Origin: Methanomassiliicoccaceae archaeon | GTDB lineage: Archaea; Thermoplasmatota; Thermoplasmata; Methanomassiliicoccales; UBA472 | Assembly (NCBI GenBank): GCA_963827135.1 | Contig: CAWGZX010000005.1 | Location: 456,176 to 520,175 of the forward strand | Length of the DNA stretch: 64,000 bases | Direction of reading: 5' to 3' | Part shown: one piece after another, positions 53,101-64,000 of the stretch | Layout of the letters: every line of letters starts with the position of its first letter | How positions within the stretch are numbered: position 1 is the first letter of the stretch | The notes under the pieces: generated by a model | The model's input: the letters and a program-made list of their open reading frames with translations, nothing else | The model's database searches: none | Told to the model about the DNA's origin: nothing | Position numbers and translations under genes: made by a program

Positions 53101-56100
53101 GTTGTACCTCAGCTGCCCGAAGGTGGTGCCGGTCTCGCCGGACAGCAGCTCGTAGTCGCCATATACCAGGTCCTCGAAGGCGAAGCTGCCGGAGCTGTCC
53201 GTGACCTGGGTCGTGGTGGTTGAGTTGGTGTAATCCACCAGCTGGACCTCGAACCCGTTGGCCTCGCTTCCGTCCGTATAGGACACTGTGCCCTTGATGG
53301 TCGCGGGCTTGATGGCGATGTCGACGGTGGTGTCGGTCAAGGCCGATACCTGGACCGTCTTGGATGTGGTGGGATGGCCGTTGACGATGGCGTACACCTC
53401 GCCGTCGATGGCCGGCACGTCGCTGATAACGTATCCGGTCGACGTCGAGGTCGTCTCAGCCTCGAAACCGAGGTCCTCGTTCTGGACGATGACGGTTGCG
53501 TCCGATATGATACTATCAGTGCCGCTGGTGTAGACGCTGTCACCGTTCACGTCCCAATACACCTGGCCTTTGATGTTGGCGCTGGTAACGGTCATGTCGC
53601 CGTTGATGAGGAAATCGGTCTGCCTCATGGCCTGGGCATAGCTGACGGTGATCGACTTCCGACTTAGCTCGGAGGCGATCAAGGTCCTCTTGTCCAAGGT
53701 ACCATAGGAGTAAACGACCTTGACGTCGCCGAAGGGCGCGATGACCGAGTAGCGGCCCTCAGAATCGGTCTGGACGTAGTCGTGCGGGATGCCGTACTCG
53801 TCCTGGACCGTTACCCAGACGTTGGGGTAGGACAGACCGGACTCCGTCTTCACCTGTCCTTCGATTATCGCTCCGTCGTAGTATTGGACGAAGACTATGC
53901 CCTGCGCGAGGCCGTACGCGGAAGTGTCGACCACGCCGATGGCGGTACCGGCGGCAATCTCGATCTGAAGCTTGAGCGCCTCGTCGTAGGAAATTGCCAT
54001 CCAGGCGTCGGTGTGGTTGGCCACGTCATCTTCTGGATAGGGGTTGTAGTATGCCGTCCTGTAGACCACGCGGAAGTGCGTCTGGTTCCAGCCCTGCATC
54101 GGGGAGTAGCTGGCCAAGGAGCCCGATATACCTGGGATCCCCTGCTCGGTCTCACCGATGTCGTATGGTCCGAAGCCCATGAAGGCGCGGTACAGCATGG
54201 TCTCGTAGAACAGCTCCGTATAGACGATGCTGTAGTCCGTGACGGTCATGTCCGAGGTGACCTCGCTGAGCGGTATCTCCTCCTGGGTGTTGTCGCTGGT
54301 TATCACCGTGGCATAGATCTCATAGAAATCAATCGGGCTGTTACCCGGCTGTGTGATGATATGGTCCGACAGCTTGCAGGGCGCATAGAAGATGTTGTTG
54401 CCCGTAGCGGAGAAGGGGAACAGGCGGGAATCGATGGCAAAGTAGCCGATGTCGGCACCTGTGATAGAGCGTATCGCATGGTACAGGGATGCACAGCTCT
54501 CCTCCCCGATCTTGGCGATCTCCACCCTGGAGGCGACGTACTTCGCGTTGAGAGGCGTCAGGTCCTGAGAGAAATTGCCATATACATCGGGGCTCGCCAG
54601 AACCACCGGGACATAGGCGGACGGGTTCTGAAGGATGCTCCTGACCTCGGCCATGTTCACGCCATGGCTGACCATGGCGTCGGAAATCGCCGAGCCCTCA
54701 CTGATGTCATCGTACTCGATGCACCTCGTGATGAGCATGGCGATGGCCTCGGTCTCGTCGGTGCAGGTGATGTAGTTGCCTGCGAATTGGTAGCCGTTCT
54801 GGAAGTTATCCGCCACCGTCGGATGCTCACCAGCTTGGATGGCCTCGAAACCATAGTCCCACCAGGAAAGGAAAGCTGGACGTTCTGTAATAGCCAGATC
54901 GGTATCCTGTTGGCTATACCAGCTCCATGCCGCGGGGAAGTACTGCTTGGGCAGGGGCAGGCTGTAGCCGAAGGCTCCGAAGTACCATGGGGTGGTGTCG
55001 CTCCAATCCGATGGCCTTAAGGCCTCGGGCATGGCGTTGTAGACCTGCCAGTCATAGGTCTTCTTGGTCTCCGAGGGTATGCCCGCGTCGACCGCGGCCC
55101 ACACGTTGGGCACGAGGACGAGCATGAGTACGAAGAACACGGCCATCACATACTTCACGCTGAAGACCTTCCTCAGCCAGGTGAAGGGGTTCTTCCTCGG
55201 GCTCACGCCGGAATATCCCTTGGGGTAGTCCTGGAACCTTACGGCATCGATGATCATCACCAGTATCCAGGCGGCCATGACAGCGAAGGCGGGAGCGGCG
55301 TTGAACATGAACCTGCCGGCCGATGCGGCCATGAAGATGGCGGTGGCCGTCCAGACCACCAGGAACACGAAGTAGGCGGCTAGGTTCTTGGGTATCTTAT
55401 ACAGCGCATATCCGATTCCCGCAAGGGCGAGCCAGAAGGTCACAATCCCGAAGGACATGGCCAGCGTGGAGAAGTTGGGCGCCTGCGCCTCGGAGATGGT
55501 GGAATAGAGCTTGCTCTTCACCAGGTATCCTTGGCCGGTTATGATGGCGTCGAACAGGTTGGGCGAGATGTAGGATATCGCCGTCAGGGCCACGATCGTG
55601 ATGATGGCGAAGATGGGCAGCACGAGGACCCAGGGCAGGTCCCTGGTGCTCACGAACAACGCCCCGACAACCATCATGGCCAGGAAGAGTATGACCGGGA
55701 CATCGAACCAAGTGCCCCAATAGTCCATGACATAGTAGAGCGGGGCCATGAGCAGGAACGCCAAGCCGAGCATGATCCCAATGTTGAGCCAGACCCCCAT
55801 GGAGTCTGACCCGCGGAAGATGTTGACCAGAAGCTGGACCAGAAAGTAGACCAATACGATGATGAGGATGTACATGTACCCGGTCCAGATGAAGGCGACC
55901 GCGGCTATGCATACGCCACCCAGGGCGGCATAGAGCATCGACACCTGATTGGTGCTGAAGTACTGCCCTAAGCCAGTTCTTACGGCCTTGCGGTCCTTCC
56001 AATTGGCGACCCACTTGTCGCCGACGATGCTCTTGAGACTCATGAGCAGGAAGAGGAAGCAGAGCACCACGAAGAACAGGACCATCGCGTCGTGGTCCGC

Positions 56101-56658
56101 CTCGGACGCCACGGAGCGCTCGATATGAGCGGGCATCATGGCGAAGAGGAAGGCCGCAGCTAGCCCTACCTTGCGACCGAACGCCTGCCTGCCGATCATG
56201 TAGACCGGGATGCAGGTGAGGGCGCCCCAAAAGGCCGTGGCCGAGACCAAGGTGAAGCCAGTGCTATCCGACACAGGGTCCCCTGTTATGCTGGACATTA
56301 CCATGCCGGTCACTGCCACCGACCAGTCGAACAGCGGCGGACGGGGGTTCCTCAGATCCCATGGATAGTTGAGCAGGGGATCCATGTAAAGGTGATGACC
56401 CGTCTGGGAGACATAGTCGATCACGCGCTCGTGATAATACGAGTCGGACCCTCCTGAGACGAGGTATCCGTTGTCGACCGAGATGCCGAGGACAAAATAG
56501 CTCCTTACGAAGAAGGCCAGCAGTACTATGAATACCAGGATGACCGCTGTGCGCCAATTCTGCCTCAGCCAGGTGCTAGACCCTTTGCCGAGACCGCTGA
56601 GAAAATTCAGGCGCCTCCTTTCGGCGGAGCCGCCTGACCCTCCCTCAATAGATGCCAT
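50167..56658 (-). CDS. aglB: archaeal oligosaccharyltransferase AglB (STT3 family) with ~1,240-aa C-terminal extracellular repeat extension and terminal TM anchor
   Basis: Multi-TM N-terminal half, SDSYYHERV, and WWDYG (54850-54864). ATG at 56658 preceded by GGAGAT. A single ORF of 2,163 aa with no internal stop. The C-terminus is FTLVLLGLLFAVSTVLILLIIQRGVLKRKKR. Confidence 0.85.
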   Translation of the reverse strand: MASIEGGSGGSAERRRLNFLSGLGKGSSTWLRQNWRTAVILVFIVLLAFFVRSYFVLGISVDNGYLVSGGSDSYYHERVIDYVSQTGHHLYMDPLLNYPWDLRNPRPPLFDWSVAVTGMVMSSITGDPVSDSTGFTLVSATAFWGALTCIPVYMIGRQAFGRKVGLAAAFLFAMMPAHIERSVASEADHDAMVLFFVVLCFLFLLMSLKSIVGDKWVANWKDRKAVRTGLGQYFSTNQVSMLYAALGGVCIAAVAFIWTGYMYILIIVLVYFLVQLLVNIFRGSDSMGVWLNIGIMLGLAFLLMAPLYYVMDYWGTWFDVPVILFLAMMVVGALFVSTRDLPWVLVLPIFAIITIVALTAISYISPNLFDAIITGQGYLVKSKLYSTISEAQAPNFSTLAMSFGIVTFWLALAGIGYALYKIPKNLAAYFVFLVVWTATAIFMAASAGRFMFNAAPAFAVMAAWILVMIIDAVRFQDYPKGYSGVSPRKNPFTWLRKVFSVKYVMAVFFVLMLVLVPNVWAAVDAGIPSETKKTYDWQVYNAMPEALRPSDWSDTTPWYFGAFGYSLPLPKQYFPAAWSWYSQQDTDLAITERPAFLSWWDYGFEAIQAGEHPTVADNFQNGYQFAGNYITCTDETEAIAMLITRCIEYDDISEGSAISDAMVSHGVNMAEVRSILQNPSAYVPVVLASPDVYGNFSQDLTPLNAKYVASRVEIAKIGEESCASLYHAIRSITGADIGYFAIDSRLFPFSATGNNIFYAPCKLSDHIITQPGNSPIDFYEIYATVITSDNTQEEIPLSEVTSDMTVTDYSIVYTELFYETMLYRAFMGFGPYDIGETEQGIPGISGSLASYSPMQGWNQTHFRVVYRTAYYNPYPEDDVANHTDAWMAISYDEALKLQIEIAAGTAIGVVDTSAYGLAQGIVFVQYYDGAIIEGQVKTESGLSYPNVWVTVQDEYGIPHDYVQTDSEGRYSVIAPFGDVKVVYSYGTLDKRTLIASELSRKSITVSYAQAMRQTDFLINGDMTVTSANIKGQVYWDVNGDSVYTSGTDSIISDATVIVQNEDLGFEAETTSTSTGYVISDVPAIDGEVYAIVNGHPTTSKTVQVSALTDTTVDIAIKPATIKGTVSYTDGSEANGFEVQLVDYTNSTTTTQVTDSSGSFAFEDLVYGDYELLSGETGTTFGQLRYNLTDGETVSESITVKDSMGVSGQVWLSTGIVASNATISFFDEDATYVVRADNTGRYSATLPVGQYNVHIMASLNGVDFAFLGVLPQGSGSSYDPMLVPASYVQGKVTGMPYPNGLTLRFESKTTGAAISVITNSTGQFRLLIPNDVYFVYNGESGWAYWNDVMVTSSGPLTLELTSSAKVSGYVWYDANGNSAMDSGEAMSGVLVQMSDADSRTIVKETDISGKYEFQLVSGSNYLLSLDQDGYIPYSKAYAQLSGSNTNNIKLVAVNRTVTGVVTFNGASMPGMNVTFSAVSGPAQTLSVTSAAGGSVAVDLKPGTYNVLVDQDVVAGNNVSKYQYEASLTVSVGADPSSLDIELVKRYLVTVTISPSRSAQAKITISGPDSKELRATGNLTTYLQEGDYSFYVIIERLGARYASLSNETIVNGANSLTLVNAAAYFLQGSVKVDGKAIIGTAPVIVTSENGGDLKLTTNVAGSFSTYLPSGKYVASVDYRTTEVINTKDRYVRYQGSLGFNLTSTMAITVPVQKDLDNSTLSGMVKVSGQNVAASIEFVPASTTAIWTNTTASASGFSLDLAPGNYSIYIREISGPAVYMGKVGVAPYTSTNLNFDLVPGVRYFGITQLAGVPGPAVLEFSSQNYKALTSSSDGSFEVYLPPDVYQVKGEATGTELGVKVEYATEFQLNLQESQGSVINLAKVSDYGVDLQWDSSEKRTVEAGQNVSYNLRIVNKGNAADTYTLSYQGAPSGWTVSFSQNPVSVDFGTSNSQLVTVTIKTPTSAKVVHTSITVKALSSFSTKSDTVVMDVGIVPSYSVSIAGGITQVTSGDEYTYTMSLSNTGNIDDTYNVSISNAEELATWGWEADVRLSGGTWSDSFSTSVASGSKTSFELRLTPIRENPDGDITAVLSAASKGSAGTYAVLQFEPSLPAFSIPGGLSVTGNGVATQYPEIPIFTLVLLGLLFAVSTVLILLIIQRGVLKRKKR
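54850..54864 (-). other. WWDYG catalytic motif of STT3/AglB
   Basis: The minus strand TGG TGG GAC TAT GGT sits within ERPAFLSWWDYGFEAIQAG. Confidence 0.9.
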
Positions 56659-56698
56659 CAACTATCTCCTAGGATTTGACAACAGATTACAAAACCAC

Positions 56699-56704
56699 TA
56701 TAAA
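56699..56704 (-). promoter_or_regulatory. candidate TATA box for aglB
   Basis: The minus strand reads GTATTTATAGTG, about 43 nt upstream of the ATG at 56658. Confidence 0.3.
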
Positions 56705-56750
56705 TACGTTCTTTCTGCGAGGATGTAAAAATTAGCATTCTGGCTGATTG

Positions 56751-57425
56751 TCAGGGACCCCTTTCTTTTCGCCCTTTCAAGGCCGATTTTACCTCTTTGA
56801 CTATCCTCCCCGCCGCCGCCTCGGGGTCGGGGTCCTCGTAGATGCTACGGCCTACGATGACGTAATCGGCCCCGTGCCTTATCGCGTCCGATGCGCTTCC
56901 CCCTTGCGCCCCTACGCCGGGGGACAATATGAGGAGCCTGCCGACGATGGAGCGCACGTGCGCGATCCTTTCCGGCCTAGTGGCCGGGGCGATCACGCCG
57001 CTGGCGCCCACCTCCACCGCCAATCTGGCCAGCTGGTCAGCGTTGGGGGCGGTGAACTCCTTGCCACCTGGGTGGCTCATCTCGGTAACGATGAACACGT
57101 CCTTACCTTGCGCAGCATCGACCACCGCCCTTGCCGAGTCGTGCCCGACGAACCCTTGCACGATTATGCCAGAGGCTCCGCGCCGGAAGGCCTCCCTCGC
57201 GATCAGCATGTTGGTGTTGGGGATGTCCGCCACCTTGAAATCGCAGATGACCGGCGCCATCTTAGAGAGCTTGGTGATCATCTCCGGCCCTCCAGCAAGG
57301 ATCAGCGGCCAATTGATCTTGATGGCGTCCACCTCCTCCTTCACCCTCTCCGCCACGACCAGGGCTTTGCCTGGGTCGGTCTCGTCCAAGGCCAGGATGA
57401 GGCGGGTTGAGCTAAGCATGGACAT
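56751..57425 (-). CDS. pyrF: orotidine 5'-phosphate decarboxylase
   Basis: LILALDE, and DFKVADIPNT (the DxKxxDIP motif). Confidence 0.9.
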   Translation of the reverse strand: MSMLSSTRLILALDETDPGKALVVAERVKEEVDAIKINWPLILAGGPEMITKLSKMAPVICDFKVADIPNTNMLIAREAFRRGASGIIVQGFVGHDSARAVVDAAQGKDVFIVTEMSHPGGKEFTAPNADQLARLAVEVGASGVIAPATRPERIAHVRSIVGRLLILSPGVGAQGGSASDAIRHGADYVIVGRSIYEDPDPEAAAGRIVKEVKSALKGRKERGP

Positions 57426-57506
57426 CCTTGAAGACAGCGAATCCCCTGGATAAAAGGATGACCCCTCAGGAAAAGGTTGATAAGTCGACTTGCCCTGGGA
57501 CTAGCC

Positions 57507-58604
57507 ATGAGGCCCAAGGCCATGGAGGCTGGATCGGCCCATACCCGCTCTCTCCCAGTGGGATGCAGGCACTGCCGCCGAGGCTCGAAGATGGTCCTGC
57601 TGGTCACTGGTGAATGCCGGAGCGGTTGCTTCTACTGCCCCTTGTCCGAGGTCAAGAAGGGCAGGAGGGTGGTGTTCGCCGATGAGCTGGCGGTCAAGGG
57701 ACCAGACGACGTGCTCCATGAGGCCAGGCTGATCAGGGCGACAGGGACGGGTATCACAGGAGGCGACCCGCTTGAGGAGCTGGACCAGGTCATCAGCCTC
57801 ATACGATTGCTGAAACGGACCTTCGGACCGAGACATCACGTACACCTCTACACGGCGACGATCGATGGGGAGGCATACCGGGCATTGCAGGAAGCGGGCC
57901 TGGACGAGCTGCGCATCCACCCCCCTCTCAAGCTCTGGAAGAGAATGGAAAGGAGCGGCTTGCGCGATGCCGTCGAGGGCCTTGAAATCAGGGTGGGGCT
58001 GGAGGTGCCTGTTCTTCCGGATGAGGAGGCCTCCTTGGAGGCCTTGATCCGTTTCGCCGATTCCATCGGACTAGATTTCGTCAACCTCAACGAGCTGGAG
58101 TTCTCCGAGACCAACTATAGGGCGCTGCAGCGACGGGGGTATGCCGTCAAGGACGACGTGTCGTCCTCGGCCAAGGGGAGCGAGCAGCTGGCATTGAGGA
58201 TGCTGCGCCTGGACGTCAAGGTCCCGATCCACTACTGCTCCTCATCCTTCAAGGACTCGGTGCAGCTGCGCAATCGGCTCAAGCGGCGGGCCAAGAGCGT
58301 GGCGAGGAAGGGCGACGCGATCACCGAGGAGGGGACCCTGGTCAAGGGGGTGGTGGAGGCCGACCATGCCGGGGAGGCCTCGATCCTGTTGAGAGAAGCA
58401 TATGAAGTGCCCGATGACCTGATGCACATGGACCAGGAGAAGGGCAGGCTGGAGGTCGCCCCTTGGGTGCTGAAGGAGCTGGAGGGGGAGCTGCCCTTCG
58501 ACTCCTTCATCGTCGAGGAGTACCCGACCGCCGACCGCCTGGAGGTGGAGCGCGAGCTGCTTGGCGGGAAAAGGAAAAGGAAGAAAAGGCCTGAGCGTGC
58601 CTAG
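57507..58604 (+). CDS. radical SAM protein (COG2108-like, PflA-related, function unknown)
   Basis: CRHCRRGSKMVLLVTGECRSGCFYCP contains the CxxxCxxC cluster motif. The track start is TTG at 57477. I prefer the ATG at 57507 because of the divergent pyrF promoter only 51 nt away. The 3' end overlaps nusA convergently by 4 nt. Confidence 0.7.
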   Translation: MRPKAMEAGSAHTRSLPVGCRHCRRGSKMVLLVTGECRSGCFYCPLSEVKKGRRVVFADELAVKGPDDVLHEARLIRATGTGITGGDPLEELDQVISLIRLLKRTFGPRHHVHLYTATIDGEAYRALQEAGLDELRIHPPLKLWKRMERSGLRDAVEGLEIRVGLEVPVLPDEEASLEALIRFADSIGLDFVNLNELEFSETNYRALQRRGYAVKDDVSSSAKGSEQLALRMLRLDVKVPIHYCSSSFKDSVQLRNRLKRRAKSVARKGDAITEEGTLVKGVVEADHAGEASILLREAYEVPDDLMHMDQEKGRLEVAPWVLKELEGELPFDSFIVEEYPTADRLEVERELLGGKRKRKKRPERA

Positions 58605-59031
58605 GCCACGATGATGCTCTGCACGTTGTGATGCCGAGCTACGATGTCCCTGGCGATCTTGAGGTTGCGGCCATTCTTCCCGATCGCTCGCCCCTTGACC
58701 TTCGGGTCCACGGTGACGGTGGCGTGCACGATGTTGCCGCGGTTCTCGATCACCACGCCCTGGACGCCATAGTTGTAGAAGACGTTCTTGATGAACTGCT
58801 CGGCGTCGTCGGAGTACTCGATGACCTGGATGTTCTTCCCCGTGGTGTTCTTGAGGTGGATGACGTTCTCCCCCGCCTTGCCCACCGCCCTGTTCGCCTG
58901 CCCTGGTTCCACCACAAAGACCAGCTTCTCCTCCGTCTCCATGCAGTCCTTGACATGTGTCTTGGTGACGTTCTCGAAGAGGGTGATGTAGCGCAAGGTG
59001 TCCTCGGTTAGCTTAACTTCTGGCATGAGGA

Positions 59032-59035
<4 letters not shown>
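58601..59035 (-). CDS. nusA: archaeal NusA-like transcription factor (two KH domains)
   Basis: 144 aa with AVGKAGENV and AIGKNGRNL KH GxxG motifs. Confidence 0.85.
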
Positions 59036-63533
<4,498 letters not shown>

Positions 63534-63537
<4 letters not shown>

Positions 63538-64000
63538 CGTAAATCCTCCAGTTGAAGGCGCATGGCGACCCCAAGCGACAGCAGCTCGTCCAGGAGCAGC
63601 TTGAACGCATAGGACGTCTGCACCAGGTGCACGTTGGTGTTGTTGCCACAGACCGGACACTTGAGCGATCCGCGTCGGTCCAGGATGGCGATATGTCCGC
63701 ATCCGGGATTGCCGCAGACGTATTGGAACGTGCCATCCGACTCGTCCAGCAGGCGGTCCTTTATGACCATTGCCGCTCCGTGGCCGATCAGGCAGTCACG
63801 CTCCATCTCACCGAACCTGAGGCCTCCTTGCCTGGAGCGCCCCTCGGTCGGCTGTCTGGTGAGGATCTGCACCGGGCCGCGGGACCGGACGTGCATCTTG
63901 CCCGAGACCATGTGGTGCAGCTTCTGGTAGTAGATGACGCCAGTGAAAATGTCCGTATGGATCATCTTGCCGGTGAGGCCGTCGTACATGACCTCCTTGC
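63534..64000 (-). CDS. rpoB: DNA-directed RNA polymerase subunit B (B'), C-terminal part; 5' end beyond the right window edge
   Basis: [54 protein letters not shown] and C-terminal zinc motif CGNPGCGH...CPVCG. The frame stays open to position 64000. Confidence 0.9.

Noticed and set aside
53782-55020. A 412-aa plus-strand ORF inside aglB, with similar antisense or alternative-frame ORFs throughout 50-56 kb and 33.5-36.5 kb.
   Set aside because: These are shadow ORFs opposite well-supported genes (aglB WWDYG, gatD/gatE). They have arginine/glycine-rich nonsense composition.
519-58604. The Memo-like protein (519-1334) and the radical SAM protein (57507-58604) considered as parts of an AmmeMemoRadiSam system.
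   Set aside because: They are 56 kb apart on unrelated transcription units. The radical SAM protein looks like the COG2108/PflA-related type rather than the AmrS partner. No AMMECR1 gene lies in the window.

Overview
This is a densely coded (>90%) archaeal chromosomal segment with GC of roughly 60% in most genes. The archaeal assignment rests on these features: split RNA polymerase A'/A'' in an rpoB-rpoA1-rpoA2-rpl30e-nusA cluster at the right end; rpoK-rps2 at the left end; gatD/gatE; ribosomal proteins S17e and L30e; AglB/STT3; and bulge-helix-bulge tRNA introns. Gene content (DUF1638, HypB/HypE, rubrerythrin, ThyX, a homoaconitase/IPM-isomerase pair) suggests an anaerobic euryarchaeon, possibly Thermoplasmata or Methanomassiliicoccales-like. 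That lineage call is inference only. I call about 55 CDS and 4 tRNAs. I saw no rRNA, CRISPR array, transposase, integrase or recognisable defence system, and most of the window is ordinary housekeeping. Six things deserve a second look. (1) Two of the four tRNAs (Thr-GGU, Val-UAC) carry introns in the D-arm rather than at 37/38, each with a hand-foldable BHB motif. (2) A 2,163-aa AglB oligosaccharyltransferase is fused to a ~1,240-aa extracellular repeat array with a second membrane anchor, and is translationally coupled to a CARDB-like protein. (3) A ~3,019-aa right-handed beta-helix surface protein has a lower GC than its neighbours. (4) An ArsA/Get3-type ATPase is coupled to an ArsD-like protein with no other ars genes nearby. 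(5) A secreted beta-propeller gene is coupled to a membrane-tethered ArsR-type wHTH. (6) Two genes are split by single-nucleotide frameshifts. Start/stop overlaps (ATGA or TGATG) are pervasive, and I used them to trim over-extended ORFs from the supplied track. All family assignments come from motif recognition by eye, and no database search was run.
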